A DNA stretch of 64,000 nucleotides from Octopus sinensis (GCF_006345805.1 NC_042997.1:60326001-60390000); one strand, 5' to 3'. Counted from the stretch's first letter, positions 26,451 to 39,259 are shown. Notes: generated by a model not told the origin, from the sequence alone. Made by a program: numbers and translations.

Positions 26451-28667
26451 CAGTTCGTGCCAGTCACGAGGCGAAATAACTCTGAAAGTTTAGCTGTGCT
26501 GGAGTGGTTTTTGTGCTTGGTTGGATTGTGTTGTTGTGTCGAGGAGTTGTTAAAGTTTGTTAAAGTTTGTTTTTGTTGAACTATTTTTTGAATTGATAGT
26601 AAAACAATTATTGTTTTCACCTGCGCGGTGAAGCCTTCATTATGGCTTGTGTTTAGAATCTAAGAGAAGAAGAGAAGAGGTGTGTGAGCGAGGAAGAGGT
26701 AGAGAACTTGGTCGAAAAACAACTTAGTGATTTCGACGATGAATACCCGAGATTGAGAGAGAGAGAATAATGCCAGCTACAACGAGAAAAGAACTTAAAC
26801 ACCTAGTACACTAACGAAAGAAAAAGCAGAAAAAAAGAAAGAAAAGAAGAAGAAGAAGCTTGACTCCGCCGCTGTCACAGGAACCAAAATTTAAAAAATA
26901 AATCTCAATAATGTGGAACAACATAAACAAATAATGTCAAGGGAGGGGCACGAAATTAAAGGGGCCCCTCCAAAAAGTATTATCAAGGATTTAGAAAAGA
27001 AGACGCTGATATACAAGACATACAAGGTGACGGAAAAAAGAATCGACTATGTGACAGAAGCAGAAATCGAAAAATGCCTAAAACCAATATAGGATAAGGT
27101 GAAATACATAGCGAGAGGAAAGATACGGTACAGTGGAGGTCAGAATGGAGTCGGAAGAAGAACCTCGGCTTCATTCTGTCGACCCTTTAAAAGCGGGCGA
27201 AGTAGTTCTTCTACCCATATACATGGGTGGAAGAACGTCCAGAATTACAATAATCAACATTCCCCCTGAGGTGGATCCTGGGTGGCTCATCGCGGCTGTA
27301 ACTATGGGTCTGGAAGAAAAAGGGGAGGAGTGGTCTCTTGTTCAGAACAAGAGGAAAATAAAGCCACCCTCCCCCGAAAAAGAAAAAGATAAAGCGCATG
27401 TTTATTTAAAAAAGTTAAAAATCTGGAGAAGAAAAAAATGAGGACAGTTGCTACATGGCGGTTCGCGTCTCGAAGAGAGACCTGGTGAACCGCCTGACAA
27501 CTCTCCATGTAGAAAAAATAGAGACTGAGAACAAGGTAATTTGATAAACAAACCCGAAGAGATGTGTCGGACCTTTCAGGAGCATTTGGCCCAGCCTTTT
27601 GAGGGTAGTGATGGACAGGATAGTAGGATAGACCTTAACGACTTCCTCGCCGAGCTGCCACGCCTCTCGGGGCAGGACGCAGAGAGCTGTGAAGGGTCGA
27701 TCACGTCTGAGGAAGTGATTGAGGCCACAACAGACTGCGGCGGTGGTAACGCGCCGGGACTCGATGGTCTACCGTACGAGCTATATAAAAGTATGCCAGA
27801 ATTGTGCGCTGGAGAGTAGTGACGCTGGTCAGGAAGAACCTGGACAAGGGGGATAATATAGATAATTTTAGGCCCATCACTCAGCTGAACGCAGAGATGA
27901 AGATTTTGGTCAAGGTGTTAGCAAAAAGATTGACGCGTGTCGCGAATGGCCTGGTTGGGGAGGCACAAACGTGTGCAGTCCCTGGCAGAACTATCCAGGA
28001 TAATCTACATCTTATACGCTACACTGTAGAAGGGTATGGTAATAAATCTGGCAAAGGTGGGGCACTAGTCCATTTAGACCAAGTTAAAGCATTTGATAGG
28101 GTAGATCATCGGTACCTGTTTTACGTACTCGCGCAGTTCGGACTGGGTCTTGGTTTCCTCAGGTGGATCATACAATTGTACAACAATATCAGCTCGATCG
28201 TTTGGGTGAACGGATTTTCTCGAAGCCGTTCTGCATCAAAGGGTCGGTTCGCCAAGGGTGTCCACTCTCTCCACTTTTATACGTGGTGGCCCTCGAGCCA
28301 TTACTGCGAAAGCTGAGCGGCATCCTGACGAATCCTGGAGGTGGAGGATCGGTTACAGCGTACGCAGATGACAAAACTATCATCATGACTAAGATGGAAC
28401 ACCTACAGAAAGTAGGCGAAACCATTAAGGTTTACGAGACGGTGGCAGGAGCAAAAATAAACCGAGAAAAGTCGGTCGGCTTGCAACTCTGCACCTGGGG
28501 AAGCAAGTCGAGCCTTTGAATAGCGTCATGGGACGCTGGACGGGGAGCCCGGTTAAGTTGCTAGGAATCTGGTTTGGCCCAGATCTACAAATAGAAAAAA
28601 ACTGGTTCAAGGTATCGGGCAAGGTGACTCACATGGTCAACACCTGGTCTTGTCGGTGGCTATCCTT
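26451..28667 (+). mobile_element. Internally deleted L1/Tx1-clade LINE (5'UTR, ORF1 remnant, RT)
   Basis: ORF1 remnant KYIARG..YGTVEVR..EVVLLPIYMGGR; ORF2 remnants APGLDGLPYELY, NFRPITQL, LDQVKAFDRVDH, VRQGCPLSPLLY, AYADD, KINREKS, KLLGIWFG. APE domain missing; 3' end truncated. Confidence 0.9.
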
Positions 28668-28813
28668 GTGCGCCCGTATGGTCAATAATAAAATCAAACA
28701 TCCTTGAAAGTTTCATCCGAATCCATCAAGCGGTTCTTGAGATATCTTGTCCAAGGACAAACAAACAAACATGACTGCAAACAATACCTCCGCCTTTGCG
28801 AAGCGGAGATAAT
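28668..28813 (-). mobile_element. Helentron/HINE-like non-autonomous fragment
   Basis: Reverse complement begins attatctccgcttcgcaaaggcggaggtattg (hairpin), then (GTTT)n and caagatatctcaagaaccgcttgatggattcggatgaaacttt. Confidence 0.5.
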
Positions 28814-29104
28814 GAACTTAATTTCTGATACTCATGATTAGCCATTAGAAGTTCATCCGCTTTCCACCATTTGAGTTCGTACCAAAGTGTTCTATTCAAA
28901 ATACAAATCACAACAATTTGAATTTTATTTATGATTTTGTTTTGTTTTGTTTTTTCCTAAATACTTCTATTTTCATCCTCGCAGAAATCTAAGCTAACCC
29001 TCAACATCATTCCTATAGTAGGGTTTACCAAATATATTTAGTGTTTAATCTCGTAGGATAGAAAGCAGGGGGAAAACTCAGTTATATTATCCTATTTTAA
29101 ACAG

Positions 29105-29158
29105 CTGCAGGACATAATCTGCAAAGATAGAAGAACAGATGTGAACAGCTTGTCTCAG
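29105..29158 (+). CDS. Candidate exon E (54 nt, phase 0-0): LQDIICKDRRTDVNSLSQ
   Basis: Acceptor cctattttaaacag| (alternative AG 6 nt downstream), donor CAG|gtgaaa; open frame. Confidence 0.5.
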
Positions 29159-29292
29159 GTGAAAAGCTGATAGGCACTAATAAGATGAGAAAGATATCCT
29201 TTTCATTACATTACTTTTATTCTTTTTTTCAGTTATTTATTCTAAATAGGTTATGATAGGGGTAAACTTAGATTTTTCTACTTTTTGTTTAG

Positions 29293-29335
29293 ATCTTCCT
29301 TCAACAGGAACGTGACATTTTAGCAATTTTCCTAT
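29293..29335 (+). CDS. Candidate exon G (43 nt, phase 0 to 1): IFLQQERDILAIFL
   Basis: Strong acceptor tttttctactttttgtttag| and donor TAT|gtaagc; 134-nt intron to exon E with matching phase. Confidence 0.5.
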
Positions 29336-29557
29336 GTAAGCGTAAAATGCCGTATATTATGTGTGTGTGATATGCGTGTGTGTAAATATATATGTTCATG
29401 TATATGTGTGTGCGTATGTATATTTGTATGCATAGATGCCTATATATTAACTTCAGACTTGCGAGCATTGAGCTGTATTTATTGACAGATACATGTGTGT
29501 ATGCAAAATTTATAAGCATATATATATATATATTTATACATGTATACATATATATAC

Positions 29558-29597
<40 letters not shown>

Positions 29598-29709
29598 ATC
29601 TGACGACAGATAGCTCCGAATGATCTGTACTTGTTTTTTCTTGTCTTTCTTTGTATCGTTTAACTCTCCGGTTGCTTTGTTGTCGCCTGTTACGTTCTGG
29701 TTCCGTTTG

Positions 29710-29784
<75 letters not shown>

Positions 29785-29962
29785 TGTGTGTGTTTGATAA
29801 ATACATATTTGTGCGTCTGAATGTATGCATAGATAGATAGATAGATAGATAGATAGATGATAGATAGATAGATAGAGTTAAACGCAGGTGTTATTTAAAT
29901 CTTTTTAGTACCGACATATGTTTCGAAGAAAACATTGGTATTATTCCAGAAGGAATAAAATG

Positions 29963-30026
<64 letters not shown>

Positions 30027-30256
30027 AGTTTGTATACACAGAAGTGACTGTCAAGAACTCTACTGATTTCATACAAAACTGAGGCAAATCTACTTTATGT
30101 GTTCCATGAAATATTCCACGATTCCAGAGCTGTGCTCATTGTCACGATATAGAAATGAAACGGAACGGGAAAGCAGATGCTATTCTACACTGATCAGTTG
30201 CTACTCTGTCTTATCAGTCGATATTCAATATATCCAGTGGCAGGCCTGCATACATT

Positions 30257-30455
30257 GGCGCAGGCCTGGCTGTGTGGAGAGAAGCTTGCTTCCTTTCTCA
30301 CCACATAGTTTCGCATTCGCTCCCACTGTGTAGCACCTTGGTTCCGGGTTCAGTCCCACTGCGTGGCATCTTGGGCAAGGTCTTTTACAATAGCCCCGTG
30401 ACAACTAAAGCTTTGTGAGTGGATTTGGTAGGTGGAAACTGACAAAAGCCGGTCG
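30257..30455 (+). mobile_element. SINE family 1, 5' half, with internal duplication
   Basis: ggcgcaggcctggctgtgtgg head; cccactg(t/c)gt(a/g)gca(c/t)cttgg occurs twice. Confidence 0.75.
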
Positions 30456-30591
30456 TATATGTGTATGTAAAGAAAGATAGAGAGAAAGAGAGAGAGAAGG
30501 AAAATGAGTTAAGAGAGATTAAAAATGGTAGCTGTGAAAGACATATAAGAATAGAAACACACTCCTTCTGCTGCGTGAAGAAAAGAGAAAG

Positions 30592-31105
30592 GGGGCCTAC
30601 TGCGATATTTTTTTCCCACGAGAGTTCATGACCCCAGTAATGAACTCATTTGCATACAACCAATCAGAGCTCACCTTGACCTTCTCAAGTTAACAAACAA
30701 ACTCTACCAAGTAAACTCAAGACGAAGAACGGTGTTGTAAGTCGACCGATCGCCAAGTTGTGGCCCCATTTCGTAAAGATATGGTTTGTTAGGGTCCCAT
30801 ATGGTAAAGATCTGGATGGGAAAATGTAGGTATAGGGTGATGTGCTAGCAACCCTCTCCCTTTATTGTTTTAGAAAGTAAAAAAACAACACAAGTAACTA
30901 CTCAGATGAAACAAGAACTAGAACACAAGCATTATCAAGAGAGAAAAGACGTATGGTAATTCCTTACTCAAGTGACTTTAGCTTATCGCCCAACACTTGT
31001 TATGAGATCATAAATTAGTTTGATAGTTGAGCTCTGATTAGCTGTATGCAAATGAGTTCATAACTGGGGTCCGGAACTCTCGTGGGAAAACAATTTGGTG
31101 GGCCT
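30592..31105. mobile_element. MITE with about 62-80-bp TIRs
   Basis: tttcccacgagagttcatgaccccagtaatgaactcatttgcatacaaccaatcagagctca (30612-30673) versus its near reverse complement (31028-31089). Confidence 0.8.
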
Positions 31106-31274
31106 CCTGTCATTGATTGCTCCTCAAATGAGTCTTACTTGGTTTCATCCCCCATTCAAGTAAACCGGTACGTCTAGAGAATTTGTTTTCTTCTTTTGCA
31201 CGTCGAAAGCTGAAAGTTTAGGCTTTCTAATATTATAATTCATTTCCGTCTCTCTGATTTACGATATGCTGTGC

Positions 31275-31370
<96 letters not shown>

Positions 31371-31540
31371 TGAATGAATGAATGCATGTATGCATGTATG
31401 TATGTATGTATGTATGCATATGCATGTGTGCGTGCATGTATACTTGCATGAGTGCGTGCATGTATGCATACGTGCATACATGCGTACATAGGTACGTATA
31501 TAAGTACGTACATACATACATACATACATACATACATACA

Positions 31541-33312
31541 TTATGTTATGGCTTCCCCCTCGTTATCGAGTATGGCCATTGCACGAAGCTTAACTGTTAC
31601 TGGTGCTGTGATCGAATGTGACTTTTTAGCCCAGCTAAAGATCTATAATGTCTTGTACAAAATTGGGAACTAAAACCTTTACTGGTAATAGCCAGCTGTA
31701 GTTGTAACTGGGCTTCATGTACCTTTGCATGTCGTTTAAGTCCTCCTGCCGAATTACACTCTCTTCCACATGCCCGACAGATATGATTAGTATGGTGTGT
31801 TACACCACCATTGGTGGCCAGGTTGTCACTCATCTGCCTCGTTTTATGACTACGAAGATGACTCATGAGTCCAGCTTTACTGAGGCAGGGTCTTGCACAG
31901 ACATTGCATGTCAGAATCAAAGGAAGACCCTTCCCTTCTGGAAGTGTAACAGCGATGCCCTTCCTGACATCCCTCCTTACTTTCTCATGTGCAACTCGAG
32001 ATTTCTCAAAAGTGGCTGTCCCCTCATGCACAATCCTTCTCTACCTGCTACGATCAATAACTATGCCTTCCCATGTGTCAGGAGAGATGCAAGAATCTCT
32101 TAAGGAAGCCTTCAGCAAGTCCTTATACCTCTTGTTTGGTTTATGTGGAGGTCGTTCTCCTTTAGCTAACTCTCCATAAAAGAGTTGTTTTGGCATCCTT
32201 GAATCCTTCATGCTGACCAGATGACCACTCCATCTAAGCCTTTACTTTAACACAAGAGCTTCTATACTTTCACACCGAGAGCCTTAGGGTATTTCAAGAT
32301 CACTGATGCGGTCCTTCCACTTAATGCTATAGATCCGTCTGAGGCACATCTGATGGAAACGTTCCAGTTGTTTAAGGTGGTATCGATATGTGACCCACGT
32401 CTCGCAGGCATAGAGAAGAGAAGGGAGCACACATGCCTTGTACACCTTTATCTTTGTCTTTCTGCATATGTCTCGCCGACTCCAGAGGCGCTTTTCTAGC
32501 CTTCCGAAAGCAACACTTGCTTTCCTAATTCTATATGGAACTTCATCATCCACATTACCATATCTATTAATAGTGCTTTCCAGGTAGACAAACTGATCGA
32601 CTACATCAAGTCGTTTACCATTCACATAGATATTTGGTACACTATGCTGCTTACCAGGGACAGGTTGATGCATGACAACAGTTTTCTTGAGATTGACTGT
32701 CAATCCTAAGGCAGTGCAAGCATCAGAGAATGCATTCAAAACGTGTTGCATATCAATCTCTGTGTGTGCTACTAGCTCTCAATCATCTGCATACAAAAGG
32801 TCTCTTATAATAGAGGTAAATATCTTTGTTTTTGCAGTAAGGCGCCTGATATCAAATATGCTGCTAGGGGTTCGATAATGGACGTAAACACCGTATCTGC
32901 AGTTTCTGAATGCAATACAGAACACCATCGCGAAATATATGGAAAATAGGATCGGTGCCAGAATATCCCCGTTTCATTCCATTTTGTATTGAAATGGGCT
33001 CCGACATCTTCCCTCTAACATTCACCCTACCATTCATGTCTTCATGAAAAAACCTAACCAAAGCAAGGAACTTTTCAGGACACCCAAGTTTCTGGAGGTC
33101 TTTCCACAATGCTTTACTATTGACGGTATCAAAGGCTTTTGTCAGATCGACAATCATCTGATATAAATCCAAACCCTGTTCCACACACTTTTCCTGGAGC
33201 TGTCTAGCTGAAAAGATCATATCAGCAGTGCCACGTCCCACACGAAAGCCAGATTGACTTTCTGGAAGAACACAATCTGCAATGTATTTCAGCAGACGAT
33301 CTAGGAACTTAC
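31541..33312 (-). mobile_element. 5'-truncated RTE-clade LINE with C-terminal C2H2 array
   Basis: LPESQSGFRVGRGTADMIFSARQLQEKC, VDLTKAFDTV, LTVNLKKT, YKACVLPSLLYACETW, LERFHQMCLRRI, MPKQLFYGEL; RTE-type 3' end gccatactcgataacgagggggaagccat followed by (TATG)n. Confidence 0.92.
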
Positions 33313-33417
33313 GTACATACATACATACATACATACATACATACATACATACATACATACATACATACATACATACATACATACATACATACATACATAC
33401 ATACATACATACATACA

Positions 33418-34377
33418 TGAGGCTGATAACATCATAAGACTTGGAAGGCAGATCTTTGACCAACATTCTTTGATAACCTAGAATATATGCCCAACGACGT
33501 CGCACGACTCTACCGCAACGTGTCATCAGATGAAAGGATGAGCAGAAGACTATGCATGGATATGTTGGTAGAAAGCTCCGAGATGACAGTAACATCGATC
33601 ATCAAAGCAGTTGATCATGGACCAATAACCGGATTACTTCCTACCACTTTGAAGGGTATGCGTTTGCAATCCAGGAACAGGAAATATCAACCAAATTACC
33701 TGATGCACATAATGGGACAGAGATGCAGGATAAGCAGTAAAATGTGACAACCGATACAGACTTTGTGGAGTTAACACCGAAGATATCACCTACGTCATGA
33801 GCAGTTGTCCGAAAATGTCATCACGGTATTATCTATCGATGAGACATAATGTTGTAGCTAGGACACTCTATAATGAAATCCATTGGAAGGATAACCACAA
33901 GAACAAAGAAATAAGAACCCACAGTATGATAGAAGCCATAGCCACTCATAATGAAAAGGAGTGCTGGTGGAATGTTCCACTGAATACCTCATTTAAATGT
34001 AAGCACAACAGACCTGATATAATGGTTTGGGATAGAGCGGATGTTAACATAAGGCTGAAGATCGATGAAAAAGAGAATACCTACGTTGAACTATTGAGAA
34101 ATCTGCAGTTACTCGATCCAGATTATAAGTTCAGGTTTATACCTGTAATTATTGGGGCCCTGAGATATGTAACACACTGCCGAAATACCAATCTTGAGAA
34201 ATTAGGCTTCTCAAAAACAGAAAAGAGAAACCTAATTCGAAAACTACAGATCTAATTCATCACTAGAAAAATCTGTAAAACTTTCCAGAACTTTATCATT
34301 TAAATGCATATTAGCATGTCTAGATATGCAACTATATGCATGAGATGCAGACATAAAGCAAAACATACTAATCTCCT

Positions 34378-34417
<40 letters not shown>

Positions 34418-34620
34418 TACATGCATACATACATACATACATACATACATACATACATACATACATACATACATGCATACATACATGCATACATACATTC
34501 ATACATACATACAAAAATACCCTGTTGATGTTGAAATTCCAAAGAAGGAGCCTTGAATCTAGGTTAGAAATCGGCTCTTTCTCTATTGGTAAGAAATCTT
34601 GAAATAAAACAGAACAATGA
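33418..34620 (+). mobile_element. 5'-truncated REL-type LINE flanked by (CATA)n
   Basis: YRLCGVNTEDITYVMSSCP (degenerate CCHC), RHNVVA, WWNVP, HNRPDIMVWD, KENTYVELLRNL, IPVIIGAL; 3'UTR with an internal microsatellite, ending in (CATA)n. Confidence 0.8.
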
Positions 34621-34949
34621 CATACATACATACATACATACATACATACATACATACATACATACATACATACATACATACATACATAATACATACATAC
34701 ATACATAAGATCCAGAGATTTTCCGTATAGGAGACACTTAGTAATGCTCAAAACATTCAAACATAAATTCCGATGCATTTACAGGAGATAAATCCACAAG
34801 GTGAAGAAAGGCTATAAGAAGGATCGGGTTGAGCAGGTATATTTGATGTGTCTAATTTGTTTATCCGCATTGTCCATCAATCCATGCATACATACATACA
34901 TTCATGCATGGTGGTAGTCTCTTGTAGTCAGAGAAAGACCGTTCTGTGA

Positions 34950-35190
34950 TTTCATGCTCAACAACCTGCACAAATGATTTGCTTATAGTGATTAAATATA
35001 TGTGCTGTACATTAGCACACTCCATCCATCAAATCAACATTGCCTGTACAGGTGCAAGGTGTACCATGCGTCAGATGTCGAAGTGATCGTAGAGCAACAA
35101 GAAATGAAGTGCTTTGCTCAAGCTCACAACGCACCATCTGGTCCAAGAATTGAAATCACGATCTCGCGATCATGGCCTAACACAATAGAC
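34950..35190 (-). mobile_element. Degenerate tRNA-SINE related to the 5121-5440 family
   Basis: gagcaacaagaaatgaagtgctttgctcaagctcacaacgcac..ggtccaagaattgaaatcacg resembles the core and head of the 5121-5440 copy. Confidence 0.5.
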
Positions 35191-35213
35191 CATGTATCCT
35201 GATATACATGCAT

Positions 35214-35245
<32 letters not shown>

Positions 35246-35251
35246 GACATA

Positions 35252-37058
35252 CTTTTATTTGTTTCAGTCATTTGACTGCGACCATGCTGGAGCACCGCCT
35301 TTAATGGAGCAAATCGACCCCAGGACTTATTCTTTGTAAGCCTAGTACTTATTCTATCGGTCTCTATTGCCGAACCGCTAAGTTACGTAAACACACTAGC
35401 ATCGGTTGTCAAGCTATGTTGGAGGGACAAACACACACACACACACATATATATACGACAGGCTTCTTTCAGTTTCCATCTACCAAATCCACTCACAAGG
35501 CTTTGGTTGGCCCGAGGCTATAGCAGAAGACACTTGCCCAAGGTGCCACGCAGTGGGACTGAATCCGGAACCATGTGGTTGAGAAGCAAGCTGCATTATT
35601 TCAATATTTTTTCCACAAAGGCATTACATAGAGGGGACACTACAACACATGTGGGGACATATAACAATTAAAAATATATAAAAGTAAAATATTTTATGAA
35701 TGACACATGAAAATGAACATGAAAAGCAAATTATAATTATTATAACATGCGTGATAGTTGAAAATGAAAATATGAAGGGTGTGCTACTCACCCCACACTG
35801 AGCAACACCACTCGCCGCCTCTGAGTCCTAATTTCCTTTTAGTCTCTGTTCCAGTTCTACCATCGCTCCATGACCGCTCTCTCTTATAAACTTTTTCACC
35901 GGGGGAGGGGTCTTCTCAATTCTGAGGTGTTTGCAGTTTTTCTTTTTTTACCGTGGGAAATGGGGTGGGTGGGTTGGTGTCTGTATGCTGAGGGTGGGTC
36001 TGAGTGGTCTTGGGTGGGATAGAGTTGGACTGGGGTACCACATCACACTCAGTGTTCTTTCTTTTATTTCTCTTCTTCCTAACTTTCTGTTACTCTCCAT
36101 TCTTCTTCCTTTTCCTCCTTTCCTCCGTCTGTCTTTTCTTCCTCTCTTTTCACTTCCGACTCCACAACTGTTTCCCCTGCTACTGTTCTCTGTAGAGGGC
36201 AGTATGCTCTAATGTAGCCCTTTTGGCCACATTTAAAACAATGTGGTACTCTGCCCTCTATCCACACTCTCAGCACAATTTCTCTCAACGTCACCGTCTC
36301 TGCCAAACTCTCCATTTGTTCCTCCTCCGTCTGTATATTTAATTCTAGTGTCTTCCTTTCCCACCCTCATTCTTCTGTTTCTGTGGCTTGAAGGACAGCC
36401 AATTTCTCCTCACGTCCAACAAGGACAGACGCCGACACCCAAGCAACTTCTATATTAGGTGGGATTGCTTCTACCCTTACTTTGGAAGTCTTTTTTCCAA
36501 GGTATGTGGGTAGCAGCACTACTTCCTCTGTTTTCACCGCCACACTCGTCAGCCTCCACGCCTCCTCTACTATCCTAGGTTGGACGACCATTGTCCCATA
36601 TCTCCTTCCTTTAGTTATATATGTTATTTCCTTTGACCGCTCTCTTAGCGCCTTTTCCTTTTCAACTTCCACCTACTCGGCTTCTTTCCTTTTAACGAGA
36701 ACACCTTATAGGTGATCGTTTTTCTCTCCATCCATTCCATAATTTCTTTGGAGGGCGACAACCTCACGTCGTCTCCTACCTGTACCATCTTCTCATACAC
36801 TTTAAGACCAGCCAAGTCCAACTCCCTTCGCTTCATCTCCGTGGCCTCAGCAAAACTTGTCCTCTCCAACACTCCGTCCATCTTCATGACCGTCTTTACC
36901 AGCTACTCCTCTGCTAAAGACAACTTAGACCCGCTAAGGTCTGAATACATTTTCTAAGCAGCACGAAAAAACAGTCCAACTCACAACAAATTCACAAAGC
37001 AACTACTGGACAACGCATGCGCGGAAGCAAGCTACTTACCACACATCCACTCCTGCGC
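35252..37058 (-). mobile_element. SINE family 1 copy split by a retroelement insertion (35252-35592 and 37024-37058)
   Basis: The head continues across the insert: ccatgtggttgagaagcaagct ... gaagcaagctacttaccacacatccactcctgcgcc. Confidence 0.85.
35593..37023 (-). mobile_element. Full-length 1431-bp ORF1-only (HAL1-like) retroelement with 10-bp TSD
   Basis: TSD gaagcaagct at 35583-35592 and 37024-37033. ORF1 remnants EITYITKGRRYGT, EEVVLLPTYLGKKTSKVRVEAIPP, HCFKCGQKGYIRAYC, E/K-rich tail, U-rich 3'UTR; no RT. Confidence 0.85.
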
Positions 37059-37445
37059 CTATATATAATAAATATATATATATATATAATACATATAATA
37101 TGATATATATATAATACATATATAATATGATATATATATATGATATATAATATATATATGATACTATATATATATACATATATATATACTATATATATAC
37201 ATATATAATTTATATATAATATATATGTGTATATATAATATATATATATAATATAATATGTATAATATAATATATATATACAGAATATAATATATATATA
37301 TAATTTAATATATATATAATATATATAATATGATATGATATATATATATAAATATATGTATATATGTATGTATAATATAATACATATATAATATGATATA
37401 TATATAATATATATAATGTGATATGATTTATATATATATGTATAT

Positions 37446-37517
<72 letters not shown>

Positions 37518-37524
37518 ATATATG

Positions 37525-38368
37525 GAGTACCGCCTTAAAGGGGTTTTTTTGTCTAAGAAATCGACGCCAGGACTTATTCTTAGTACGCTTAGTACTTATT
37601 CTATCGGTCTTTTTGTCAAACCGCCACACACGCATCTGTGTATGTGTGTGTGTGTGTGTGACGGGCTTATTTCAGTTTCCGTCTACCAAATCCACTTACA
37701 CGGCCTTGGTCGGCCCGAGGCTCTAACAGAAGACACTTGCCCAAGGTGCTACGCAGTGGGACTGAACCTGGGATCACGTAGTTGGGTAGCAAGCTTCTTA
37801 CTATACAGCCACGCATACAACAAATAATGATTCTGTCTGGCTAGTTTGTATTAAACTAGTTACGGTCTATCACCGTCATTGCCCGTAACATTCCTGATGA
37901 TTTCAGATAAGAATTTCTTTTGTTTTAACTTAATTTATTCACGTCATGTAACTTAATTACATAATTATAGAATTACCGATGTTTGTTGCTGATGAAACAG
38001 CTGCTGAAAGTAATTAAATTAAGATCTATGTGTGAAATTTATGCTTTTCTGCTTTTTCTTCTAAATATACGTGCGCTTAGTATACGGGCGTTTTAGCCGT
38101 TTATGTATAGTCAAGCAAAAGATTTTTCCAATTTTCTCATACAGACATATATATATATTCTTTACTCCTTTATTCTTTTACTTGTTTCAGTTATTTGACT
38201 GCGGCGATGCTGGAGCTCCACCTTTATTCGAAGAAATCGACTCCAGGATTTATTTTTGTAAGCTTAGCACTTATTCTATCAGTCCCTTTGCCAATCGCTA
38301 AGTTTTGGGGACGTAAACACACAAACACTGGTTGTCAAGCGATGGCGGGAACAAACACATACACACAC

Positions 38369-38440
<72 letters not shown>

Positions 38441-38600
38441 CGACGAGCTTCTTTCAGTTTACGTCTACCAAATCCCCTCACAAGGCTTTGTTCGCCCGAG
38501 GCTATAGTATAAGAAACCTGGCCAAAGTGCCACGCAGTGGGACTGAACCCAGAACCATGTGGTTGGGAAGCAAGCTTCTTACTACATAGCCACTCCTGCG
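37525..38600 (-). mobile_element. Two SINE family 1 copies (37525-37815, 38175-38600)
   Basis: Reverse-complement matches to the 11236-11680 copy, including the internal microsatellite. Confidence 0.85.
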
Positions 38601-38669
<69 letters not shown>

Positions 38670-38715
38670 ATATATATATATATATATTATATATATATAT
38701 ACAGAGAGAGAGAGA

Positions 38716-39134
38716 CGAAATTAAGAGGAATGACCACTAAAGTGGACACCTAATATACTAAACATAGACATCAAATCGCCATTACCACGAAGAGTGTGTT
38801 CTCAAGAAAAATCTCAGCAAAACGCCAAAATGTAAAAATGAGCAAGACAAATGAAAATATATATTCTGGAAATTGTGTTTAGTAAGCGACAGACTACACT
38901 GATGATCTTGCAGATATTTGCGTATTTACATACGTAAATATTAACAAGTGAAATCATGGCACGTAGATAATCGTTTTTTTTTTATTTCGTATATTTTCAT
39001 TTCCCTTGCTTATTTTTACTTTTTGGTGTTTGCTGAGATTTTTCTTGAGAACATACTCTTTGTGGTAATGGCAATTTGACGTCTATGTTTAGCATATTAG
39101 GTGTCCACTTTAGTGGTCATTCCTCTTAATTTTG
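38716..39134. mobile_element. Tc1/mariner-type MITE, about 143-bp TIRs
   Basis: cgaaattaagaggaatgaccactaaagtggacacctaat... / ...attaggtgtccactttagtggtcattcctcttaattttg|TA; arms roughly 90% identical. Confidence 0.9.
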
Positions 39135-39227
39135 TATGTAACGTAATTTTTAATCTTCGAATTTTTTTAAATATGCAAGTCCACTAGTTTTAATTGATAA
39201 TATCAATTTCTACCCTTATTATTTAAT

Positions 39228-39259
<32 letters not shown>

